A DNA stretch of 64,000 bases, taken from Amphiscolops sp. MND2022. Lineage: Eukaryota. The position numbers were made by a program, and so were the translations under genes. Each line of letters begins with the position of its first letter. Positions within the stretch are counted from its first letter, which is position 1. The stretch is from NCBI GenBank assembly GCA_964187785.1, contig OZ076409.1, forward strand, positions 13,270,001 through 13,334,000, read 5' to 3'. Shown piece by piece: positions 11,873-23,559 of the stretch. Under the pieces are notes generated by a model. The model was not told the origin of the DNA. It did not search any database and saw only the letters and a program-made list of their open reading frames with translations.

Positions 11873-13929
11873 CCTCGCTGCGCCTTCTATACAAAATCAA
11901 TTGAATTAGCCCAAAACCATGCAAAACCCCAATAGTGTTGACATTGAATGATTTGTAGTTAGTATTCGTAGAGCGGTTATTTCAAGTTTGACATGGACCA
12001 GTTGTTTCAAGTTGTAATCGTTTGGAATAGCAGCTCCGAGAACTTCTCATCACGCGATTGCCTCGAGATAGTTGAAAGGAACTAATCCTTCCAGGCCTTC
12101 AATATTTCTTGCCTCGACCCATCCTGGGTAGCTGGTTCCCCTGTACGCAACTTTATCACCTAAAATCAGGGTCCGTACGTTATTAATCTAATGAATTTAT
12201 GGTTTTCAGAAGGTTCGATGATTCAAATTCAAAACGAACTTTTGCGACATGAAACTTGTGCTGTTCCAACTCATAGACCGTTAAAAAGATAGAATTGTCT
12301 CGCCGTCTGAGAATTGAAATGCTTGATACGTGTATTTGCCTGATTTGAGAAACGCTCAGCTAAGATTAGATTCTTCAGTGTCTATTTTTTTATGTCTCTC
12401 AGAAAAGTTTTTTTGAAATGTGTAAAAAATGCGATATCATACCATTATATCATATAAACAAGTGGAAAGTGTATAAAGTAGGTGTCCTGCTCTGTGCTCA
12501 ACAGGAGCATAGTGTATGGAATATGCTCAGGGGGGTTTCAAGAAACATCCCTCGAGAAATGAAGAGCCACAAGCCAACAGGTATCTTTCGCGCTCGCAAA
12601 CTGCTCCGGAAAACATTAAAAAACAATTTGGTGAAAGAAAAATAGTTTTTGGATAACTTTTAGCCTCAAAAAATCTGGACACAGATCTGGAAACCTCAAA
12701 TGTGGACTTTTTTGCTCTGATTTTGCTATTAAGTGGAAACAACAGAAAGTAGCAAGTGCACCCTTTAGTGAATGCGAAAAAAGTCACACTGTCTGAAAAA
12801 ACACGAGGGGGGACTTTTGTTTGAGCGTTAAATTGGTTAAATTGCAGCATCTGCCACATACGTTGATGATGTCAAAGTCAGAGAGCTGTTGCTAGAGGCC
12901 TGGTTTCAGTAAGTTTTCCTCGTGTTTTTTTCCAAAAATTTGAAGAAGGACGTCATTTTCGGGGAGCGCTTTGAAATGTAGTGTTGATGGTTAGTATAGG
13001 CTTCCGAGAGTCTTCGGAATGCTTTGTTGTATTCAGGAAACCTATTTAGTTTCAGGATATACTCACAGCTTCACCTCTGCAAGAGTAGTGACTGTTACAA
13101 GTTGAAATGTCAGCATCCAGTTTCGCGAACAAAAGTTTGACATACATACTACCAGCTCAGTTTCAAAACCTATCTCTTTCAGGAATTTGAACTTTCTGCA
13201 AGACAGTTAGACCATTGTATCTGCCCAATACATATATGATTAGCAGATGGTAGGTAGAGATTAAGTAGATCAGCAAATGCAGAGCCTAAACTTATCGGAA
13301 ATATCTTCCTTTGTTGTCAAAACTCTGGTTAGTGTAAAACTTACACCGCAAAACTAATTAACTGGAGTGTGTGTGATCCAATTACTTGTACGAACCTCTA
13401 CACCAGAATAAGTGAAGCTGCTCTGTGTACGAAACTCCCTGAAATTTTCCTGAATCGAAAAAAGCTCTCCAGAGATGACTTGGACTCTAGACCTACTATC
13501 ACCTCCAGACACAAGCAATCTTGACACTGGCATCAAAAACATTAAAGCGTACGTGGCTGATGTTTTGGAATTTGGCACTCAAACAAACAAATAGTCTGGA
13601 TTGGATGCCAGATACTATTTTTCCGGTAAAGGGATACGCAATACTCTTTCAAAACGATCTCAGTGAGACACGATCACTATTTCAGATAGCCCGAGTTGCA
13701 TTGGGGAATGTGCTGAAATAAGAGACATGATCCAAAATATCTATGTTTTGCAGGAATTCGAGCAAACTATTTAAATTGTCCATTGTTCCTTATCGTTTGT
13801 GCTTACGGTAAAGCGAGACGATCCTCAACCAATCAGAACGGAGTACACAAACAAGTACTCGAAACAACGATAACCCCATTTAAAGTAATCGATGAGATAC
13901 TCCTCAAGTATTTCCCACTTTATTCCAAC

Positions 13930-14172
13930 CTCTAGTCATGGAGAGCTCGTCAGCATATCGGGCGGTGAAAGAATATTTCGCAGATGCCACTGGTAGAACT
14001 TTTGCGAGTGCGACGTCCGAACGTTCTGTTATCTGGCCAGTCCGGTGGAATTCCACTAGCTGGTTGAGAGATTCTTTTTTGACTTGCCACAGGAAGAAGT
14101 CTCCACCTGAATCCCTCATCACGATGAAATGGAGCGCTTTGAATTCCAGTGATACCGATATTATGTACTCTC
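13930..14172 (-). CDS. GRB2: GRB2-like adaptor, exon 3 (SH2 C-half and start of C-terminal SH3); further 3' exons unresolved
   Basis: GEYIISVSLEFKALHFIVMRDSGGDFFLWQVKKESLNQLVEFHR matches GRB2 [39 protein letters not shown], then ASAKYSFTARYADELSMTRG. Phase-1 ATAG acceptor is compatible with exon 2; donor GTTGGA. Confidence 0.8.
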
Positions 14173-14758
14173 CTATATTCAACAGGGAGATTTTAAGAAA
14201 CCTATGAGAACACCTAAGAGAAAGTATGTGACATGAAACCAAGAAAAAAAAAGAATTTTTGAAATCTTGTTTAATACACAAATTCAAGAAAAAAATGACG
14301 TGGCATCCATCTAAGAAACCAACTGTTTCGTTGTCCGGAATTGGATTGAATGTCTTCAAACACCGTAAGCCAAAATTAAACTGAATTTAGAAAAAAGGTA
14401 CACAAAAAATATAGTTTTATCATAATTTAATGTATCTTGCATAAGTTTCCTTGCTTGGCTTTTTTGAGTGAAAATCAATCATTCACACGTCATACGAAAG
14501 CAATAATTTCTTGATTGGTAGCAATTCCAAGTAAAGACTGTTCTATTCAGAAACAAATGTTAAGAAAACAGAATTTACTGAAACAACTGTCTTTTTTGCA
14601 GCTTTTAGTAACCGTTTTTTTTGCAATACAAAAGTATAATTAACAAATGAGGGTAAAATTCTATTTCAATGTTTGTAAATAAGTCGCCCGTATTCCAGAC
14701 CGAAACTTAGTAAAGTTCAAAGTTCATCGGGGTCAATTGTACAGCAAACACAACTAAC

Positions 14759-14951
14759 CTGGGCTCTGTTCACGGACTAGGAAAGTTCCCTTTGGCTCTC
14801 CCCTTAACAAATTGTCGGCTCCTCTTTCCGATAGTTCGCCCACGTAAAATTCATGAGGTGACAACTGCAAATAGTCCACAGGAAAAAATCCTTGCCGCCT
14901 TTCGTGTTCACAGTGGTAGAATTTAATTGAGTCCTTCATTCGATTCCATCT
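14759..14951 (-). CDS. GRB2: GRB2-like adaptor, exon 2 (end of N-SH3, SH2 N-half); 5' boundary approximate
   Basis: QGFFPVDYLQLSPHEFYVGELSERGADNLLRGEPKGTFLVREQSP matches [38 protein letters not shown]. Donor AG|GTTAGT at 14758. Confidence 0.8.
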
Positions 14952-15580
14952 CTCATTAGTTTTAAAAGTATCGTATTGCGACAACTTTCTGGCATTCGTT
15001 GAGAATAAAGTTTCATACTATCAATTAGTTTTAGTTTTGTTTCATCAGCTTAAGTGTTAAAACTTTTCGCTTATAAAAACTTATTCAATGGTTGATCTTA
15101 ATGCAACTTTCGAAAACGTCAACTTTTTTTGTGTGGCTTTGATTGTATCCCTATTACCCTATTAGAACCTATTCAACAAATGAAAGTTTCCCATGCTGCA
15201 TTAATCCTTGCTGGCTAAATAATTGTCTACATACAAATATTTGTAACCTATTGGCAAACTAGATGAGTTGTCGTTTTTTCCTAATTGATGTGAATTATCG
15301 TTTGATATGAGTTGCCGCTTTTTCAAATTGATATGAGTTGTCGCCTGATATGAGTTGTCGCTTAATATGAGTTGTCGTTATGCCATTTTCAACTTGATAG
15401 GATTTTTCTATTGAACTTCATTGACAACGCAGAGAAAAATCTCAATCGATTGTTTTAATCTCAATGCCATCGTGCTGAAATTTTCAAAATCCATGTGTTT
15501 TGATGAATTACAAGAATGAGGGTTTTGAGAAAGGGAAAGAAGGAAACTAATCCCTGGACAACGATGGTCAAACTCATGAC

Positions 15581-15646
15581 CAAAAGCATGTCCCCTCGCG
15601 AAGCAGCGAAATCCCCTGAATAACTCTGTAGTACAGTCGCTTCCAT
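15581..15646 (-). CDS. GRB2: GRB2-like adaptor, exon 1 (start of N-SH3); donor approximate
   Basis: MEATVLQSYSGDFAASRGDMLL resembles GRB2 MEAIAKYDF...FKRGDILK. The candidate donor GTCATG is weak. Confidence 0.6.
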
Positions 15647-15703
15647 TTTCCCGCAGTAGAAAAACTAATTTGTAGTTAAAAAGCGAAAGACGATATTCAT
15701 TTG

Positions 15704-15821
15704 CAGGGCTTTTCAATAAATTATTTGTATTGCAATATATTGCAATATTTGTATTGCAATATATTTATTGGGAATCGCAAAAGAAAGCAATAATATTGCA
15801 ATATTATTTTGAAAAGCCCTG
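15704..15821. mobile_element. 118-bp hAT-type MITE with perfect TIRs and TSD
   Basis: TIRs CAGGGCTTTTCAA / TTGAAAAGCCCTG (13/13). 8-bp TSD TTCATTTG at 15696-15703 and 15822-15829. Interior made of TATTGCAATA palindromes. Confidence 0.92.
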
Positions 15822-16601
15822 TTCATTTGGCTCACAAGTCCCAGGAACAAAACGTTCCCAAATTTTGATCACATGTTTAGAGGTATTTTTGTTTCGATAT
15901 TAAACGAAACCTACGAAATTTGTAACACTTGGCTTATTTTTGTTTTAGGTATTTTCAGAATTTTATAATGCATTATTTCGACGACCGCTGCTCGTGGCAA
16001 CAAATGCCTTTGTAACTCTGGTAATTTTTCATTTTCACTCCGTAAATTGAATGTTTTGATAAATTACAAGTTTTTGGATGTCCATTTTTCAAGAAAATGC
16101 TTTTCGAAAAAGTGTTAATGGAAGTTAAAACACTGTGTTCAGGAAATAAAAATGATCAAGGCAGGTTTTTATGACCTGTGCGTTTTGATATATTGCGTAA
16201 TAAAGTTCGAATATTTTCAAAATTCCCCAAACTAACATGTGATATGTAACTTTTCAAAATTTGATTCGACTTTGAATTTTCAAAAACCTTTGAAATTTTT
16301 TGCCAAATCGAGTGCCTTTAGCTTTTTGGTAGTAGTGATAAAGTAACAAACTACAGTGAGATTCTTGAGCTTCAGAAAAACAACTTTTTCAAGTTAGCTT
16401 GAGACAAATTCTGATGGAAATTGGGAATGATGTTTCCAGTCGAATTGTTTTATTCTTTGACATGAGTGTAAATTTTCGTGTTTTTTGCTGTTTGTTTGTT
16501 ACTTGCAAAATAAACAGCTACAACGGGCTGGTTCCGGTAACTTAGCTGCCGAAATTGAAAAGCTAAAGTTCTGAATTAGGCAATGCAAAATTGGAAACGA
16601 A

Positions 16602-17500
16602 CTGCCATTGTTTGTTGAAATGAAATCAGCTGTAAACGCAACACATTGCTCAAAATTCGAATTCACACATTGCAAAACTTGTCACAGCTGAGTTTTGGAC
16701 AGCAACCTCACAAGTTTGAAGGAAGTTCCGTGACCGAAAAGATATACCAGTGCAACTTGTTTGTTGGAATGAAATCAAGTGTAAACGCAACACATTGTTC
16801 AAAATTCGAATTGAAACCTTTCAAAACTTGTCACAGTGAGTTTTGGGCAGCAACGTAATAAGTTTGAAGTAAATTCTGTGACCGAAAATGGTGACAGGAC
16901 ATTTTATCCTATGCAATTTCAACCTAAACATTTTCAATCGTTGCCATTTCAACTGCTCACAGTTCCAACCTATTGCATTTTGAACTGTCTGCAATTTCGA
17001 CCTAAACTAATTTTGGCTAATGGATTTTAATTAATTTGGTGGTTTTCACTTTCAAACATTTCTAAATTCAAATCCGCTACTTTTTACGCCAGTTTTGATA
17101 CGTTTAGGCTTCTTCATGAATAATATACCTTCAATTAAGGTTGTTTGATTCATTAGTAATTTTTGTACTAAAATAATACCTCAACCGAATTAAGCATAAA
17201 TAGCCAAATTAGTTTAGGTCGAAATTGCGGACGGTTAAAAATGCAATAGGTTGAAATTGTGAACGATTGAAATGACAACGATTAAAATTGCATAGGTTGA
17301 AAGTGTATAGGACGAAAAGTCGTGTAACCACCGAAAAGATATACCAGTGCAACTTGTTTGTTGAAAGAAAATCAGCTGTAAACGCAGCACATTGCACAAA
17401 AATCGAATTGAAACCTTTCAAAACTTGTCACATCTGAGTTTTGAACAGCAACCTATTCAGTTTGAAGTAAGTGCAGAGACAGAAAAGATATACCAGCACG
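16602..17500. repeat. ~148-bp tandem repeat (3 units) interrupted by a foldback element
   Basis: Unit TTGTTTGTTG..A.GAAATCA..TGTAAACGCA.CACATTG..CAAAA.TCGAATT...AAAACTTGTCACA..TGAGTTTTG..CAGCAAC..AGTTTGAAG recurs at ~16608, ~16757 and ~17354. Confidence 0.85.
16890..17329. mobile_element. Mutator-like foldback MITE
   Basis: ~130-bp imperfect TIRs starting GGTGACAGGAC / ending GTCGTGTAACC. Flanks ACCGAAAAT and ACCGAAAAG (9-bp TSD, 1 mismatch). Arms built of (A)TTTCAA(C) motifs. Confidence 0.8.
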
Positions 17501-17511
17501 TGCTGTGATAA

Positions 17512-18009
17512 ACTTTGATTTCCCACATCATCTGCATTCCGGTCTTCTAACCGGGACGTCCCACCTCCTATCAGGAACTCGTCTTGGTCCGGCCTTAAGG
17601 TAGCTTGAATATGAGGCAGAACTTGTTCACTTATAGCATCATTTATAGCTCTTTGTATCTGCGAGCTCACGCTACACATGAGGTAATTCATCTCTTGAGC
17701 GTTTTTTCGGTTTAATTCTCCTGAAAACCTTTTGATCTCGCTGCTCGAGTAAGCCTCTCTTGGATTCTGGACGTTTCCGGCACAACCCTTGATTTCGTCT
17801 TCTCTGGAATTACAGTGAGAATTTACGTCATGATTCACCAATGCACTATAACTAGGACATTCTGGTCTACGGACAGAGTTGCTGAACTCACTTTGTTCCC
17901 TTTCTCGGCAATTACTGCATAGCAGTGTATCTACGTTTTCAATATCTGATAACATATCAGTTTCTCTTGACTTTCTTGCCTTACTTTTTCGTTTGCTCGT
18001 AGTAGGCAT
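17512..18009 (-). other. Open frame of unknown function, probably a truncated retroelement gag-like N-terminus
   Basis: ATG-started ORF MPTTSKRKSKARKSRETDMLSDIEN...helical SQIQRAINDAISEQVLPHIQATL that runs into the tandem repeat. No recognisable host domain. Confidence 0.3.
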
Positions 18010-19439
18010 GAAGAAGACCCACTAATAAGACTTGAAAAGTTTTATCGGCCATTTGTAGTTTTAACAAATTTTTTGAACACTGAAGAGTTCGGAAAATTGT
18101 GTCAAGCTCAAGGGGTTGGAGGTTTATATACCCCTTAATGCATGCCACTCACATTTCATACACATCAACAATTGTTTTAATAATACATCAACTGAGGGGA
18201 AATCACATGAATCCTGGTTATTACATTCCTTAAAGGTCACCTGATCATCAACGTCAAAGCAACGGGGGTTTCTCGGAATGGTCAAACGACCTTTTGAAAG
18301 CGACTTCAATCAAATACCTCATCGCTATCAATCATAACAACTTCTCAAAATATCAACAAACAGTAAACGGTATTAGAAATACGCATCATCATCAATCTCA
18401 AGCACGCGCTGACGCCTGAGACATAATAGGCTATATGAGTGGAGCAGACTGCGATTTACATGTGAGGGGCTATTTGAAGTAATAGCGTAGTTCGGCCAGC
18501 TAACGCAGTACCTCGCTTCAATTGAAAGCCAAGGCCGGTCCGAAGAGCGGTGCTTACAACATGACACAAACTATGTATTGTTAGCATCAAACGTAAATAT
18601 TCATTGCGTTTCATCACATTAATAACAATTGCGTTCTCAGTACATGAATTAATAGCATCATAAACAAAATAATGGGACAATGGTATCAATACATAATCTG
18701 ACCGGAACCGGCCAATTGCCTAATTTTTACTAAACACTATCAAAGCGTAGTCAAGAGGTTGTAATCGGCAAATAACTCACTGCGTACATATTTGAAGAGC
18801 AGTGATTGGATGCTTGTTTTCTGGAAAATCTCGCTGCCGTACAAATACAGGAGCTCATTTGTCCCAGTTTCTTGATTTCATTGACATATATCTAGAAATA
18901 GATAGAATATTTCCTGCAATGCTTTGTATCCTTTGTCTAAAATGTTTATTCAAGAGTTTTCTTTTCTATACGCTAAGCTAGTGAATTCAAAACTTAACAG
19001 AAACTAACTTTACAGGTACGAAAAAGTAACATTGTCAATTCAGTGCTATCATGACGGAAAAACAAGAGCTCGAAAGGCACGTTAACCGGTGCGAAAACTC
19101 AGTTTAGGACTCGAAAGGACTAAAGATGACAGCCTACGTTCAATTTGAAACAAATGGTCTTTTTCTTGTTAACCCTAAATGAGCCGAGAATAAACGAAGA
19201 GAATTTCTGAAACCATCCAAAACTCTTCTGCTTAAACATTGAACTGCATTATCTTGAACCTATTCAAATCCGCAAAATATTTAAAGCGCGTTCGAAAGAA
19301 GACAATCAGGGCTTTCAATTTGATATCTGAACTGCTGGGCCAGTGCTAAAAACAACCAATCATCAGTGAATTCAGAATCAGAGCAATTGAAGCGGGGATG
19401 TATCGCTGACTTCCATTTGACAGCTACTTTTGGAAAGCC

Positions 19440-19960
19440 AATAGTGAGCCATCACTGTTTTCCACCAGCCAACTCCATGATTCAGGAAATAGTATTTCGT
19501 CTGGAATCCAAGTGTTTCACCGAAAACGAGCATGCGTTCTTTCAAAGGAAATAAAGTGACGGGTGATCGATGTGAGTCACCCAATGTGTCAATCCCTATC
19601 CCTGATAGACCTTCATTTGCATTCCCCAGGGAGATGCGCGCAAAGGTCAGTGGCCATATTCAAAATCGAAACGGTGGATCATTTGTGGCTGAAACACCAA
19701 ACACCCACAGTGGAAAGAACTCTCCTTGTACTTTGGGGATAACAGTCACGTTTTCTGGGCCTCCCAGAATCATTCTGAAAAACAAGGTAACGACCTCTAT
19801 TCCCGCTCCTTCTTTCCACCCAATGGTTTTTAGCTCTTCTGTTAGGTATAAAGATAACAGAAACGCTACTATGCAACAGTTCCGTAATTTGAAATTGCAT
19901 AAACATACTATAGCGCAAGCTTTCTTCATTTCCTTTGGAGGGCAAGGTTAATACAAAAAG
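19440..19960. repeat. Uninterrupted copy of the repeat found split at 8790-9025 and 10198-10400
   Basis: Both halves are colinear and contiguous here. Confidence 0.8.
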
Positions 19961-19963
19961 TTG

Positions 19964-20277
19964 GGATCTCTTTCACTATATCCCCCTGCAGCAAAAAAGG
20001 GGTACATAGTGAAACGCTATTAAATACATGTATTGCACATTCTAATAGCGCAGATCTGCTCTTATCTAACAACACTTCTGATTGGCTGAGTGGTGATTTT
20101 GATAAAAAGAACCAATAAAAAGTGTCGTTAGTTATGACGACATCAATTGATTGACAGAATAGCATGAGAGATAAGCCAATAGGAGATAAATATAATAAAT
20201 GAGCCATAGACATTCTTTTTCTCTAGGAGGCACATAGTGTAACGAGTGATATAGGGGGGACATAGTGAAAGAAATCC
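19964..20277. mobile_element. TIR-bounded MITE (Mutator-like)
   Basis: GGATCTCTTTCACTATATCCCCC vs reverse complement of the right end GGATTTCTTTCACTATGTCCCCC (21/23). No convincing TSD. Confidence 0.65.
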
Positions 20278-23109
20278 GAAAACTCTATTTCAGCAAAATA
20301 TTCATAAACTAATCATATCGGAAAATGTGGCTTCCTAAATTTCAAAACAAATGTGCAAATCTTTTTTCAAGGAGAAAATAGATGAAGAGTCCAAAAGTTT
20401 TGTTCTGAACAGCGGATAATTTTCGCTCGGATATATTTTAGGGACAGTAGTCTTTTGACGTTTCAAAAAAAATCTGCAGAATCGACACCTTATGGATGTC
20501 TCTTGTTCATTTTAGGCACTTTCTTTCCGAGAACTGTTTTGTTTTGTAGTGAAAAAGTATGCCATGAAGCCAATTGCTCCTTCACCTTTTCAATCGCTCA
20601 TTTCAATCGCTCATTAGTGAAGGTTTTTCAAGCGTTGTATATGTCAGATATTTTTTTTGAAAAAAACTCAATTCCGACGCCTAAGGAACCTCCTTTCAAC
20701 TGCCAATTCTCTCTGAACCTTGAATTTTTGAGACCTTCAAGAATCTTACATGAAACAGCGTCGAGCGTCGTTTTAGTTTTTTAGAGAAGGCAGTGAAAAG
20801 TTTTAATTTTCAGGGATTTCAAGAACATCGTTATAGTTGATAATCAATGAAATCTTGTTCTTTCAGTTAAAGTTGCAGTTATATTAATCTAAAGAAAAGT
20901 TTTTTTTGTTTTCAATGGTTACCAACAGTCAACGTTGATCAAATGGGGCACATTGAAGTTCAATATTTAGAAAAAAATTGGTTCCGTTTTTGAAGTCTTT
21001 CATTCTAAATTAAAATTAAAGAGTGTGTTCATATTTTATTTTCAGGAGGTTATAAAAACAGTTTCCTGCTCAACACTTAGTTAAGCGTCGGACTTGTTTC
21101 CATTCCAACCAATTGCAATATCCCAAAAATGCCACATCAAAAGAAAATTTGTTCGGGTGCATATGCGTTTTACCCCACAGATCAAAGGATTCAGAGTATT
21201 GTTGCGAATCAATTACGTCAAGATTTTGATTCTGCACGTGAAATGTCAACAGTTCAGTCTTCAAAATGTTTCATTATTTCACTGCGATAATTGTTCTCGC
21301 AAAGCAATTAGCGCAAGTGTTAAAAGGCTTCGAAATGAGCGCGGCAGAACCGCTACCTTTTTAGCACTCGACTTCAAAGAATTGCTAACGGTTGAAATTG
21401 GCTGGTCTTTTAGATAAGCTACAAAACAGTCAGAAAAGAGCTGAGCGATTTAAAAACCAAACGCATGAAGGAAAACCGATTGACATTTTTAAATGATAAT
21501 TCATTTATTTAGGATTCAGGAAAAACGTATGTTTTCTTTCAAGTAAAAAAATCTGGAATGATATCGGGAAATGGAAGCACAGGGATTATATCATTTATGA
21601 TCTTTGGAATCACAAGATCAATAAAGACTTTGATCCAGCAACAAACTCACTTGCTGGGGAATGGCTGGAATAAACTTTGCAAAAACAGCAAAATTGTACT
21701 TATGGGTATCTATATGGGTAGAAATATATCCATGAAAAGTGATAGGAACTCAGTTTTGAGGACAAAAGGAAACAGATTGGTGGATTCAGTGATTCCAGTT
21801 TTACTATTCGCACTCATTTCGTTCGACCGGTATCACAAAAAATCGTTTTTGACGGTTTAACGAAATTTCAAGCATCAAATGACAAGAACAATGGAATATA
21901 AAATTCCGACATCTAAATTTCAGTTTCAAACCTTCACTATTCAGCAATAGCACCCCCTTGTTTGTCGGCCTTAAATCCTTTGTAATAACTATTGGGGTTT
22001 TTAAAAGGTCTATTATCTGCGATTCTTTGCCAGGAAACCCCGATTGAAAAACAGGAATGTCAGACTTCCAATTTCTCATCAGGCTTCGCTGAAATTTTTT
22101 TGCAACAGACAAAAATTTTTGAAATCACACATCAAAAACTGGGTAGTACTTGTGGGAATGATATCATCGTTAGATTTTATGTGGCTGGATGAATCGAAGT
22201 GTTGTAGTATGATGAATAAGAAAAGTTTTCTAGGGTCAACGTGGAAAAAGTGGATCAAGGAAAAGTTTGGACAAAACTATTCGAGAGTCGGTTATTTTTT
22301 ATATCATAATGATTTATTTCCTATGCTACGAGAAACAATAATGAAAATTGAGTTGTGCTTCAACGTTAAATCAGTTGAAATCTTCGTGAAAGATTTATTT
22401 GCATAAAGACCTTTGAGATCAGTGGAGCTATGGAGGCTTTTGTTCTGGGCTCATGAAACCGAAAGCCAACTGAGATTCATATTTGAAAAAGTTCTGCATT
22501 CCTCTATTGGGTCTGATTTACAGTGGGGACTAATTCGCAAAAAAAACACTGTTCTCTAGATGCATGATTTAAAGATATCTCAACCCTGCGCCATTCATTA
22601 ATCTCAACGTTTTTGATTCTTGAACTAATAATCAAGATAATAGTAAGCACTGAAAATTAGCCAGGAAATTTCAACTTCAAAAGAATTCGGTACAATCAGT
22701 GTTTGCAGTTGAGACAAGCCGGAAATGAAAAGACGCCAATAAACTGGAAGCTTATAATTCATTTACGACGTTTTCTCTAATTCCTTTTGGCGGACCTCAA
22801 CTTTGTTGATTTTGTTTCATCTAGCTTCAATTTAAAAGACCAACTAACAAACATTGGAGCTTTCAAGACTGATTGAAGCAGTTTGCGCACTTAAACAGCA
22901 GGTGATTATCGGCAGTATCGCTTGGTTACTACACAGCACAGTCATAGATTGAAGAAAAATTTGCGACAAAAAATCTTACGTTTCAAGTTTTTGTTTTAAT
23001 CAACTTCGTCTTCTATACCATTCAATAAGTCTTCAAAATCTACCGTTACTTTATTAGTGGAGCATTATTTTGAGCCTCTATACGAATGAAGTTTTGCAAT
23101 AAAGAGGAA

Positions 23110-23559
23110 TTTTCAGTCAGCGCTTCATGATGTGAAACGCGACTATACTGATGACTCTTTTCAATCCACATGAACTGATCAAAATAGTTCTACGAAATTT
23201 TAAGGTGCCAAATTGGACCATTTGGCCCAGGGAACTGAGCTATAAAAATTGTTCCTTTTTTTTCAGCGTAACATACAACACCGGACGAGACTAAAGGGTC
23301 CCCCTTTTAGTTTTTTTTCGGCATTGAGACTTTTTTCTAAAAATTGTTGATGTCTCCAAAGAGTTCCACGTTCAATTTTTGCTGATATTTTGCAACAGAA
23401 TGGATGTTAAACGATCTGAAAGGGCCCCCACACGCCAGTTCGATCCAACTTTTGGGTTTTTTTGGGTACTGTAAAAGAGCATACTTGACACTTTGAAGTT
23501 CTTGTCCTATTTTTGAGTCTTAGGTATGGCGGTGACTTATGCCGTTCCCGGTTTGTTTT
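23110..23559 (+). mobile_element. Non-autonomous Helentron-like element, subfamily B (older copy)
   Basis: TTTTCAGTCAGCGCTTCATGATGTGAAACGCGACT start; TTTTTGAGTCTTAGGTATGGCGGTGACTTATGCCGTTCCCGGTTTGTT end. Colinear with 42861-43442. Confidence 0.7.

Noticed and set aside
16602..17500. CRISPR-like array
   Set aside because: ~148-bp tandem units without unique spacers, eukaryotic context, no cas genes.
22770..22810. IPFGGPQLC resembling a P450 heme motif
   Set aside because: Wrong spacing, followed by a stop, and no other P450 motifs nearby.
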